From: Candidatus Aminicenantes bacterium
GTDB lineage: Bacteria; Acidobacteriota; Aminicenantia; Aminicenantales; UBA4085
Direction: 5' to 3'
Length of the DNA: 57,496 nucleotides
Assembly (NCBI GenBank): GCA_030691735.1
Contig: JAUYDS010000122.1
Location: forward strand, 1 to 57,496
Positions 29,788 through 38,771 of the stretch are shown one piece after another (the stretch's first letter is position 1; every line of letters starts with the position of its first letter). The notes under the pieces were generated by a model that did not search any database, was not told the origin of the DNA, and was given only the letters and a program-made list of their open reading frames with translations. Both the position numbers and the translations under genes were made by a program.

Positions 29788-30052
29788 ATGATTAGAAAAA
29801 TAGGAATCGTCCTTGTTTTGTTTCGGAGCGGGCTTCGGATATTACATGTACGATGAGAAGAGCGCCGCGTTCGGCGAGGCCAAAAAAAGCAATATCGGTT
29901 TCTGCGTCGTGGGCGGCACTTCCATGCGGGTTCTCAAGAGCCTGGCCCTGGACTGCCGTATAAAATACAGCACCTGCAGCCTGAAGCCGGCCGATTTTAA
30001 GGTCAATATCGGCGGTTTGACCTTTGGCTTTGGATTAGGTTTGGGCTTCTAA
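29788..30052 (+). pseudogene. Internally deleted, frameshifted small OM beta-barrel gene homologous to 13855-14478
   Basis: AAGGAG plus ATG 29788 gives MIRKIGIVLVL then an early stop; another frame encodes the C-terminal barrel half FGAGFGYYMY..NIGGLTFGFGLGLGF. Confidence 0.7.
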
Positions 30053-30181
30053 AGCGGATCGCGTCAAACCATCATGGCCCGCGGGATATCGCGGGCATGC
30101 TCTTCTTATTGACTTCGGTCCCCGACCGAGATTATCCTTTCTCCATCGAGTGCTGAACGCTCTATCAAAAGGAGGGAGGAA

Positions 30182-31591
30182 ATGGCCGCTTTAGGTTCAA
30201 CGGAGGTCCGCGGGTCAAGCCCCGTCCAGTACAACCTGTTCTACCGATCTCTCAGGCTCTTCGCCGACATCCGCCAGGGCGAAGCGCCCAAGGCGCTTCT
30301 TCTGGCCGCGAACGTCTTCCTCATCCTCATGGCCTACTACATCATCAAGCCCGTCCGGGACGCCCTCATCCTGACCGCCAAAACCCCGGAATTCAAGAGC
30401 TACATGGGAGCCGCCCAGGCCATTCTCCTCATCTTCGTCATCAAGGGCTTCAGCCTTCTCTCCTCCAAGGTCGCCCGCCAGGTTTTAATCACCTGGGTGA
30501 CGCTCTTTTTCATCTCCAACCTCGTCCTCTTCAATGTCCTCGATTGGGTCCGCGTCCCGATGGGGACGATCGGCATCGTCTTTTACATCTGGATCGGGAT
30601 GTTCAACTTATTGGTCGTGGCCCAGTTCTGGGGCTTCGCCAACGACCTGTACCTCGAGGACATTGGCAAAAGGATCTTTCCTCTGATCTGGCTGGGGGGC
30701 ACCCTGGGCGCGCCCGTGGGCTCCAAGATCAATACCTGGCTGGTCAAGCCGTTGGGCGTTTACCCGCTGATGCTCATCACCGCCGTCATCCTGGTCGTCT
30801 GCATCTTCATGACCGTTTCTATTCATAAGAGAGAGATCCGGAAGCTCACGGAAGAGCCGGGAGGGCTTACGCCCGCGCTCGAGCGCCGGAAAAAAGCCCA
30901 GGAGGAACCCCTCAAGCGGGGCGGCGGTTTCCGCCTCGTCTTCAAGAGCCGCTATCTCCTTCTCGTCGCCCTCGTCATCGGCATCTATAACTTCGTCAAT
31001 GCCAACGGCGAGTATATGATCGGCAAGGTCATCTCGAACATTGCCGACAAGCTCATCAAGGAGGGAACGATCGTCGGCCTGGACAAAGCCCAGGTCGTCG
31101 ATGGATTTTTCGCCAATTACCATTTCTTGACCAGCATCCTGACCATCGTCATCCAGCTCTTCCTGGTTTCCCGCATATTCAAATGGGTCGGGATCAGCGG
31201 GGCGCTGCTCTTCCTGCCCTTGATCTCCCTGTTCGGCTATGCCCTGATCACCTTCGGCGCCACCCTCGTCCTGCTCAAATGGGTCAAGTCCATAGAGAAC
31301 GGCACCGACTATTCCCTTATGAATACGACCAAAGGCGCTCTATTCCTTGTGACCACGCGTGAGGAAAAATATAAGGCCAAGGCGGCCATCGATACGTTCT
31401 TCGTCCGCGGGGGAGATACCCTCGCCGCCCTGGCCGTATTCCTGGGGTACACGTACCTGTCGGCCAAGATCGAGGGTTATGCCATTCTGAACGTCATCCT
31501 GGTCGTGGTCTGGATCGGGCTGGTGCTGATGGTCATCAAGGAGTACAAGAAACAAAAAGCCAGGGTCGACGCAAGCCACGCGGCGGTTTGA
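30182..31591 (+). CDS. NTT/TLC (Npt1-like) family nucleotide-transporter homolog
   Basis: YYIIKPVRDAL, QFWGFANDL, KRIFPLI, KYKAKAAIDTFFVRGGD; many TM helices. Confidence 0.85.
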   Translation: MAALGSTEVRGSSPVQYNLFYRSLRLFADIRQGEAPKALLLAANVFLILMAYYIIKPVRDALILTAKTPEFKSYMGAAQAILLIFVIKGFSLLSSKVARQVLITWVTLFFISNLVLFNVLDWVRVPMGTIGIVFYIWIGMFNLLVVAQFWGFANDLYLEDIGKRIFPLIWLGGTLGAPVGSKINTWLVKPLGVYPLMLITAVILVVCIFMTVSIHKREIRKLTEEPGGLTPALERRKKAQEEPLKRGGGFRLVFKSRYLLLVALVIGIYNFVNANGEYMIGKVISNIADKLIKEGTIVGLDKAQVVDGFFANYHFLTSILTIVIQLFLVSRIFKWVGISGALLFLPLISLFGYALITFGATLVLLKWVKSIENGTDYSLMNTTKGALFLVTTREEKYKAKAAIDTFFVRGGDTLAALAVFLGYTYLSAKIEGYAILNVILVVVWIGLVLMVIKEYKKQKARVDASHAAV

Positions 31592-31674
31592 TTTTTTCCC
31601 GGCTTTTTTCAGGGGACTTCTTCTTCAGGACTCCTGCTCATCGTGGATTTTTCTGTTATCAAGGGCGATTATTC

Positions 31675-31731
31675 TGTCATCCTGGGCAAAGCGAAGGACG
31701 ACCCAAAAGGTCGGATTCTTCACTTCGTTCA
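31675..31731. repeat. REP-like element (TGTCATCCTG family), copy 2, right arm truncated
   Basis: TGTCATCCTGGGCAAAGCGAAGGA...GGATTCTTCACTTCGTTCA; right arm matches copy 1 over 19 nt. Confidence 0.7.
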
Positions 31732-31762
31732 GTTCGTTTACAGTTGACGCATTACCGAAATT

Positions 31763-31809
31763 AAATCTCTCCTCCCCCCCTTTTCTAAAGGGGGGTGAGG
31801 GGGGATTAT
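31763..31809. repeat. C-run/G-run palindromic repeat, same family as 47527-47641
   Basis: CCCCCCCTTTTCTAAAGGGGGGTGAGGGGGGATTAT; right end identical to the right end of the 47.6-kb element. Confidence 0.75.
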
Positions 31810-31950
31810 CAGAGGGGTGAGTTGTCTGTCACCGAAATTAGTCAGGTACCTGATATCCCGCAACCGCTTGTGATTTTCCAGAGGATTTCAGGCAAATTAT
31901 AGCGGAAATTTTGATGGACAGGGCTCCCCTTGTTTTGCCGGACCCGCTAT

Positions 31951-31979
31951 AGATCTATTTTTCAACTGTCGAAAATAAG
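31951..31979 (+). repeat. 29-bp direct repeat, left copy, flanking the ETF/Fe-S cassette
   Basis: AGATCTATTTTTCAACTGTCGAAAATAAG; 28 of 29 identical to 36924-36952. Confidence 0.85.
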
Positions 31980-31986
31980 TAAAAGC

Positions 31987-33999
31987 TTATTGCAGTGCCT
32001 GGGCGACAATCTCAGCCAAATCCAGCACCTGCACTTTTTCACCGGCCTTCAAATCTTTGATGCCGTCTTCAAACATGGTCATGCAATAGGGACAGCATAC
32101 GCAAATCGTCCTCGGGTCTTCCTTCAGGGCTTCCTCGACCCGCTCGTGGTTGATGCGCTTGCCGACGTTTTCCTCCATCCACATGTGTCCGCCGCCGGCG
32201 CCGCAGCAAAAAGACCTATTCAAGCTGCGTTTCATCTCAGTGGGGGCATGATTGATCGCCTGGGCCAGGACTTCGCGAGGAGCCTCATAGATTCCGTTGT
32301 GGCGTCCCAAATAGCAGGAATCATGAATCAGCACTTTGCCCAGGTCTCCATTCCCGTTCAATTTCAGCCGCTTCTCCTTTATCAATCCGCGAATAAACTC
32401 GGCATGATGGATGACTTCCCAATCCGCACCGTACTGATGGTAGTCATTCTTCAGGGTATGAAAGCAATGGGGGCACTCGGTGATGATCTTTTTTACCCCT
32501 CTATCCTGGAACATCTTAATATTGTCCTTAGCGATGCGATCGAAAACGTATTCATTCCCAAGACGCCGCAGGCTGTCTCCACAGCAGAGTTCATCCTTAC
32601 CCAAGATTCCCCACGAAATACCCGCCGCGTCCAGGATGCGGGCTATGGCCAGGCTGATGTGCCGGTTTCGAGCGTCAAAGGCGCCGGCGCAGCCGACATA
32701 AAATAAGTACTCGGTTTTGCCGGCCTCAAAAGGCTTGGTTTCAATTCCCGAGGCCCACTTCGCGCGGTCGGCCGGCGCGATCCCCCAGGGATTGCTGCGC
32801 TGTTCGGTATTCTCAAAAAGGTTCAGCAATTCGTCGGGGAACTTCGCTTGCATCTGGACAAGATGACGGCGCATATCGATAATTTCCCAGGCATGCTCGA
32901 TGTAAACGGGACACACTTCCATGCAGCCGCCGCAGGTGGTGCAGGCCCAGATGGCTTCCTCCGGAACGCTGCCCTCCTGATCATTGCCGATGAGGGGGAG
33001 CACGGGAGCCTGTTTTTTCGTAATGAATGGGCCGTTTTTAAGCATGTTCGTCTTAATATCGCGGATAACCAACCGGGGATTGAGCTTTTTGCCGGTGATT
33101 GCCGCAGGGCAAATCTCCTGGCAGTAGCCGCAAACAACACAGGATACCGAGTCCAGGAGTTGTTTCCAGGCGAAATTATCGACCCGGTCCACTCCAAAGC
33201 TCGAGGGGTCGTTTAAGTCGATCCGCTCGGGAGTGCCTTTGGGAGGCGTCCTCCGGAGAAGGTCATTGAGCGCGCCGGCGATTATATGCAGGTAGCGCGT
33301 GTATGCGATCATGCCCAGGACGACCAGGACGAATACCCAGTGGCTCCAAAACCAGAAGCTGTGCCATTTCGCTATTGTCGCGGCGTTGGTATAGAGATGA
33401 CTCACAGCCGTGCTCAGAGCCGGGGTGAGGATGCCCAAGCCCGCGGGAGGATGTCCGGCGGCAATCTGCGTGGCAATCTTGCCCACGTGGGTGATGGGAT
33501 GAATGAGAACCGTGATCAGGATGATCAACGCTTCTGCGGTTTGCTGCCCCTTCAATCTCGCCGGTTTGACGATATAACGGCGAATGATCGCCCAAAGCGT
33601 GCCGATCACGATAAAGGGAGCCACAAAATCCATCACCCACGTGTAATATCCGTAGATTTTGGTTTTTTCCATGACATCGGAAATGCCGAATCCCGAGGCG
33701 ATGATGATGAAGAAAAAGTAGTAAGTGACAAAAAAGAGAAAACCCCAGGCTATGAAGAGGTGACTCACGCCGCCCCTGTCCTTGCGAGTGATGTTTTTAA
33801 ATTGACACTTTTGAATGATGACATGGCCGAGTGCCGTGAAGGCCCTTTTGACGAGATGGCCGAACTTCTCGCTTCGTCTGCCGAGGGATATCAATCGAAA
33901 AAGCTGATATCCCCTGAATAAAAAGACTCCGGCAGCCAGGGCGGTTAAGCCCCAGAACAAAATATATCCAACGGCTCCAAGATCACTTACTGGGTTCAT
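31987..33999 (-). CDS. Membrane heme b/Fe-S oxidoreductase with CCG domains (FadF/DUF224, ETF:menaquinone oxidoreductase-like)
   Basis: N-terminal TM region with His residues, CVVCGYCQEICP, CTTCGGCMEVCP, CCG domains (CCGD, CPHC, HDSC, CCGAGGG, CPYC); downstream of etfBA. Confidence 0.88.
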   Translation of the reverse strand: MNPVSDLGAVGYILFWGLTALAAGVFLFRGYQLFRLISLGRRSEKFGHLVKRAFTALGHVIIQKCQFKNITRKDRGGVSHLFIAWGFLFFVTYYFFFIIIASGFGISDVMEKTKIYGYYTWVMDFVAPFIVIGTLWAIIRRYIVKPARLKGQQTAEALIILITVLIHPITHVGKIATQIAAGHPPAGLGILTPALSTAVSHLYTNAATIAKWHSFWFWSHWVFVLVVLGMIAYTRYLHIIAGALNDLLRRTPPKGTPERIDLNDPSSFGVDRVDNFAWKQLLDSVSCVVCGYCQEICPAAITGKKLNPRLVIRDIKTNMLKNGPFITKKQAPVLPLIGNDQEGSVPEEAIWACTTCGGCMEVCPVYIEHAWEIIDMRRHLVQMQAKFPDELLNLFENTEQRSNPWGIAPADRAKWASGIETKPFEAGKTEYLFYVGCAGAFDARNRHISLAIARILDAAGISWGILGKDELCCGDSLRRLGNEYVFDRIAKDNIKMFQDRGVKKIITECPHCFHTLKNDYHQYGADWEVIHHAEFIRGLIKEKRLKLNGNGDLGKVLIHDSCYLGRHNGIYEAPREVLAQAINHAPTEMKRSLNRSFCCGAGGGHMWMEENVGKRINHERVEEALKEDPRTICVCCPYCMTMFEDGIKDLKAGEKVQVLDLAEIVAQALQ

Positions 34000-34128
34000 G
34001 ATGAATGTCCTCCTTAACTACCCTCAAACCTGCGACCCAAACAGTGCAAGTCGGTCTTATCTTTCCCAACGGCCTTCAAAATACCGGCTGACCCGACCTT
34101 CGCCTTTGTTCGTTGATCATGATCGGGC

Positions 34129-35481
34129 CTACTTTTGCTCGTTCTTCGTCCTCAATTCTTTGATCCGCTCGGTAACGGCAGGAACGATCTTAAAGAGGTC
34201 GCCCACAATCCCATAGTGAGCGACCTCGAAAATGGGGGCCTGCTTATCGCGGTTGATGGCGATGATCACATCCGAACTCTGCATGCCCACAAGGTGCTGA
34301 ATGGCGCCGCTGATACCGCAGGCAATGTAAATCTTGGGCCGGACGGTCTTGCCGGTCTGACCCACTTGACGATCCTGAGGCATCCAGCCGGCCTCGACCG
34401 CGCTGCGTGAAGATCCGACCACACCCCCCAGTTCATCAGCGAGCGCTTGGAGGATTTTAAAATTCTCCTTGGACATCATCCCGCGGCCTCCGGAAACAAT
34501 CACCTCGGCCGCGGCGACATCCACGTCTTGTCCATGCTTGCTGTCATCGATCAACTCGAGCATTTTGACCGCGATATCTTCTTCTTCGATAGCCGGGGAT
34601 TCACGGATGACCATCCCGGTGCGCGAAGAGTCCTTTGCGGGCAGGGTCATGACGTGCGGTCTTACGGTGGACATCTGCGGCCGTGTTCTCTCCGTCAAAA
34701 TCGTGGCCATGATATTGCCGCCGAAGGCCGGGCGGGTTTGAAGTAAAAATCCCCGGTCGTCGATATCCAGCCCGGTGCAGTCCGCGGTCAATCCGGTGGC
34801 GAGGTCGGTGGCCACGGCCCCGGCCAGATCCCTTCCCAAGCCGGTAGCGCCCACGAGTATGATCTCCGGCTTGAATTTGCGCACAAGATGACAAATGGCT
34901 TTATAGTATGGCTCAGTGCGATAGTGACGAAATACGGGAGCATCGATCAGATAGGTTTTGGTTGCGCCATAGGCGAAGGCTTCCTGGCACAGGTCTTCCA
35001 CGCCGTGGCCGATGATCACGGCACACAGCTCGACGCCCAGGGTCTTGCTCAGATTGGCCCCGGCCCCCAATAGCTCCCAGGATACGATGGCGGGTTTCCC
35101 ATCGGTCTGCTCGACATAAACCCAAACGCCCGAGTACTCCTTGAATTTCGCCGCCGCCTTGGTCTCTACTTCAACGGTTCGTCCTTCAGCCGCCCCAGGA
35201 GCCGCCGCAGCCGCCTCCTTCCTGGCCAATTCCCATTCCTCCAGTTGCTTCAATTGTTCGGGGGTGAAGAACATCTCGAGGGCGTCGACAGGGCAGACCT
35301 TGAGACACCTCTGGCAACCCGTGCACTTTTCGAGATCAATGATAGGTTCGCCGATATCGTTCATGATGATCGCCAGCGGCTTGCATTCGACCTCACAGCG
35401 CGCGCCGCAAGCGATGCACTTTTTGGGGATGAGCCTGGCGAATCCTAAGGGTTTCCTGATTTTCTTTTTCTTTTCTTCCAT
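34129..35481 (-). CDS. etfA: Electron transfer flavoprotein alpha subunit with N-terminal ferredoxin domain
   Basis: CIACGARC/CTGCQRC clusters; GLTADCT, RPAFGGN, QVGQTGKTV, GISGAIQH. Confidence 0.93.
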   Translation of the reverse strand: MEEKKKKIRKPLGFARLIPKKCIACGARCEVECKPLAIIMNDIGEPIIDLEKCTGCQRCLKVCPVDALEMFFTPEQLKQLEEWELARKEAAAAAPGAAEGRTVEVETKAAAKFKEYSGVWVYVEQTDGKPAIVSWELLGAGANLSKTLGVELCAVIIGHGVEDLCQEAFAYGATKTYLIDAPVFRHYRTEPYYKAICHLVRKFKPEIILVGATGLGRDLAGAVATDLATGLTADCTGLDIDDRGFLLQTRPAFGGNIMATILTERTRPQMSTVRPHVMTLPAKDSSRTGMVIRESPAIEEEDIAVKMLELIDDSKHGQDVDVAAAEVIVSGGRGMMSKENFKILQALADELGGVVGSSRSAVEAGWMPQDRQVGQTGKTVRPKIYIACGISGAIQHLVGMQSSDVIIAINRDKQAPIFEVAHYGIVGDLFKIVPAVTERIKELRTKNEQK

Positions 35482-35499
35482 GGTTCAGCCTCGCGCCTT

Positions 35500-36312
35500 T
35501 TAGACGGCCAGAATATCCTTCTGAATCAACGTGTCGATTAACAAGTGGGCGGCTTCCTTGGGCATATTCGCTCCGTCGCCCAATATCTCCCCCTTGGCTC
35601 TTTGGGGCGAAAAAATCTTGCGCACCAAAGTCGGTGAACCCTTTAGCCCGACCAGCTCCTCGGGCAGATTCATGAACTTGTTATCCCAAATCGAGACATC
35701 GGTAATCTCGGACTTCAACCGCATGGGCACCGTCGGATAGCGGGGCCTGTTGATCTCTCTGACCACCGCGATCATGGCGGGCAAGGGGGCCTCAACGATC
35801 TCGTGCCTCCCCTCCAGCTTGCGCCTGACTTTGACCTTCTTGGCTTTTAAGTCGACGTTCAATATTTGATCGACCAAAGTGAGCTGTGAATAATTCAAGC
35901 GGGTCGCGATTCCGGGCCCGACCTGGGCCGTATCTCCATCGATCGTCTGTTTGCCGCAAATGACCATGGCCACCTCTTCCTCTTGGGCCAGCCGCTTGAT
36001 GGCTTCCGCTAAGACAAAGCTCGTGGCCAGGGTGTCGGCTCCGCCATAAACACGATCGCTCAATAAGACGGCCCGGTCCGTCCCCAGCGCCAAGGCCTTT
36101 CTCAAGGTCACGACGGTGTTCGGCGGCCCCATCGAAATAACAACCGCTCGAAATCCGTACTTGTCCTTGAGCCTAAGGCTTTCTTCCAGCGCATTGGTAT
36201 CATAGGGGTTGGCGATGAACGGTACGCCCTCTCTGATCAGGGTGCCGGTGTCCGGATCGATCTTAACCTGGGTCGTATCAGGAACTTGTTTGACACAAGC
36301 GATAACTAGCAC
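35500..36312 (-). CDS. etfB: Electron transfer flavoprotein beta subunit
   Basis: CVKQVPDT, NPYD, GADTLATS, GKQTIDGDTAQVGP; GTG start after AGGAGG. Confidence 0.93.
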   Translation of the reverse strand: MLVIACVKQVPDTTQVKIDPDTGTLIREGVPFIANPYDTNALEESLRLKDKYGFRAVVISMGPPNTVVTLRKALALGTDRAVLLSDRVYGGADTLATSFVLAEAIKRLAQEEEVAMVICGKQTIDGDTAQVGPGIATRLNYSQLTLVDQILNVDLKAKKVKVRRKLEGRHEIVEAPLPAMIAVVREINRPRYPTVPMRLKSEITDVSIWDNKFMNLPEELVGLKGSPTLVRKIFSPQRAKGEILGDGANMPKEAAHLLIDTLIQKDILAV

Positions 36313-36589
36313 GATCGTGTCCCTCCTTTATAAAATACTATTAGGTGCCCCCGTTGAAACCGGCCGCCAATTTTACCTGTATCCACGACAAGTCCGCCGC
36401 CGCATTTGAATAGACTTCATTAGGTAAAATTGCTCAGGATTCGCCAGAAGGCCGCTTTTCCTTCCCGATAGCAATACCTCGGGGAGAAAGCGATTATATG
36501 ATTATACAAGTTATTTATACTACACAAGGCGAGGGCGCGTTGTCAATGCTCCGGACGGACTTTTGTTATCTAAAATTGGGTACCGGCCG

Positions 36590-36685
36590 GAAGTCGTCTA
36601 TGTCAGATCTTTTCCGATGTTATACAGCCTCTATGGGGACTCGTGGTACAAGGAATTGCTGAAAAAAATCGGATTTGAAAAATAG
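36590..36685 (+). pseudogene. Possible 3' remnant of a TPR/protein-kinase-type gene
   Basis: Reads EVVYVRSFPMLYSLYGDSWYKELLKKIGFEK*, resembling the ..DPR[FY]..LLKKMG C-terminal tail of such proteins; no evident start. Confidence 0.3.
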
Positions 36686-36923
36686 CCTGAAAGCAATTTG
36701 GTGATTGCGTTGACTATCACCGAAATTACCCCTGGACATGGGCTTTATCGACGGCGATCACTTTGAAGGAGAAAATATTAAGGGCATGAACAGCCGGGAT
36801 TTCAGGAGCGCGTTCGCCGTCCGGTATGCGGCCGCCCTTGCCTGTGACGATGATGGCAGGAGAAGAATGAACAGCGTAGTGACAAAGAATTTTTCAGAGC
36901 CCGTAACTTATAGATTATGAGAA

Positions 36924-36952
36924 AGATTTATTTTTCAACTGTCGAAAATAAG
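36924..36952 (+). repeat. 29-bp direct repeat, right copy
   Basis: AGATTTATTTTTCAACTGTCGAAAATAAG, ending 1 nt before the argR -35 box. Confidence 0.85.
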
Positions 36953-36953
36953 C

Positions 36954-37010
36954 TTGACAACGTCATCCTCTTCTGTATAATTATACCAATATTATGAATA
37001 TTTATACAAA
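36954..37010 (+). promoter_or_regulatory. argRGH promoter overlapped by tandem ARG boxes
   Basis: TTGACA-N16-TATAAT; 18-bp boxes TCTGTATAATTATACCAA (36972-36989) and TATGAATATTTATACAAA (36993-37010) separated by 3 bp. Confidence 0.8.
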
Positions 37011-37458
37011 AGAAAAACGGCGTCAGATCCTTCGCGAGATCGTTTCCAATCACGGCATCGGGGATCAGCATCACCTCCAGACGGAGCTCGCCCGCCGAGG
37101 GATCGATACGACCCAGGCCACCATTTCGCGCGACCTTCACGACATGGGTTATGTCAAGGTCCAACTGGACCATGGAGCTTATCGCTATGACCTTTTCGAA
37201 AAAACCGCGGAGGACTCCGTCTGGCGCCGGCTGAAGATCCTTTTCAAGAACTTCGTCATCGGCGTCAAGAGCACGCAGAACCTGCTTTTGGTCAAGACCT
37301 CGCCCGGGAACGCCAACGGCGTGGCCAGCCTCATCGACGGCCTCCGGCGAGAGGAGATCCTGGGGACGATCGCCGGCGACGACACGATCCTGATCGTCAT
37401 GGATACGAAAGAGAACTGCGAATCGGTCGAGAAGAGCCTGCGAGAGCTCCTGGACTAG
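36994..37458 (+). CDS. argR: Arginine repressor
   Basis: [27 protein letters not shown]. Confidence 0.95.
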   Translation: MNIYTKEKRRQILREIVSNHGIGDQHHLQTELARRGIDTTQATISRDLHDMGYVKVQLDHGAYRYDLFEKTAEDSVWRRLKILFKNFVIGVKSTQNLLLVKTSPGNANGVASLIDGLRREEILGTIAGDDTILIVMDTKENCESVEKSLRELLD

Positions 37459-37517
37459 GTCCCGGCAGCTCTCTCCCAGTTTTCGATCCTCTCTCTCTTC
37501 AGAACAAAGGAGCCGAC

Positions 37518-38771
37518 ATGGATAAAGTCGTATTGGCTTATTCCGGAGGATTAGATACTTCCATCATCCTGAAATGGCTCGTCGAAAAAGGCTATGTCGT
37601 CATCGCCTATGTGGCCGACGTCGGTCAGGACGAGGACCTGACGGTCATCCGCGAGAAAGCCCTGAAAACCGGAGCGTCCAAGGTCTATATCGAAGATCTG
37701 AAGCGCGAGCTGGTCACGGATTACGTTTTCCCCGCCGTCAAAGCGAACGCCATCTATGAGGGGCGCTACATGCTGGGGACGGCCCTCGCCCGTCCCCTGA
37801 TCGCCAAGCGCCAGATTGAAATCGCCCATCGGGAACAGGCACCCTGCGTCGCCCATGGCGCCACGGGGAAAGGCAACGACCAGGTCCGCTTCGAGCTGAC
37901 CTACTACGCTCTCGATCCGAAGATCCGGGTGATCTCGCCCTGGAAGAACGAGGACTTCCTGTCCGAGTTCCAGGGCCGTTCGGACATGATCGCCTATGCG
38001 AAAAAGCACGGGATCGAGATCAAGGCGTCGATGGACATGCCCTACAGCGAAGACGCCAATCTGATCCACATCAGCCACGAATCGGGAATCCTCGAGGACC
38101 CCCGGCTGACGCCGGACGATCACGTCTTCTCCAGAACAAAAAGCCCCAAGGACGCCCCCGACGAAGAGACGCGGATCGAGATCCATTTCAAGGATGGGAT
38201 CCCGGTCAAAGTTGTCGATCCCGCGAAGGGAATCGAGGAAACCGACCCCTACGAGCTCTACCGATATCTGAACTCGCTTGGCGAGGAGAATGGGATCGGA
38301 CGCGTCGATATGGTCGAAAACCGGTTCGTCGGGATCAAGAGCCGCGGCGTTTACGAATCCCCGGGGATCACCATTCTTCGGACGGCCCATATGGACATCG
38401 AAGGGATCGCCATGGACCGAGAGGTCATGCGGCTCCGCGACATGTTGACGCCGAAGTTCTCCGAGATCATTTATAACGGATTCTGGTTCTCGCCCGAGAT
38501 GGATTTCCTCATGGCCGCCGTCAACAAGAGCCAAGAGGTCATCGACGGCATCGTCCGCCTGTCCCTCTATAAAGGCAACGTCACCGTCCTCGGCCGGGAA
38601 TCTCACAGTTCCCTCTACGACAAGGATCTCTCGAGCATGGACATCGAGGGCGGTTTCAACCAGCAGGATTCGGAAGGGTTCATCAATATCCACGCGATCC
38701 GGCTCAAGGCCCACAACGCGATCATGACCAAGCAGGGCAAGAAGGTCACGGATTTCATGAAGAACGGCTGA
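37518..38771 (+). CDS. argG: Argininosuccinate synthase
   Basis: [38 protein letters not shown]. Confidence 0.97.
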   Translation: MDKVVLAYSGGLDTSIILKWLVEKGYVVIAYVADVGQDEDLTVIREKALKTGASKVYIEDLKRELVTDYVFPAVKANAIYEGRYMLGTALARPLIAKRQIEIAHREQAPCVAHGATGKGNDQVRFELTYYALDPKIRVISPWKNEDFLSEFQGRSDMIAYAKKHGIEIKASMDMPYSEDANLIHISHESGILEDPRLTPDDHVFSRTKSPKDAPDEETRIEIHFKDGIPVKVVDPAKGIEETDPYELYRYLNSLGEENGIGRVDMVENRFVGIKSRGVYESPGITILRTAHMDIEGIAMDREVMRLRDMLTPKFSEIIYNGFWFSPEMDFLMAAVNKSQEVIDGIVRLSLYKGNVTVLGRESHSSLYDKDLSSMDIEGGFNQQDSEGFINIHAIRLKAHNAIMTKQGKKVTDFMKNG

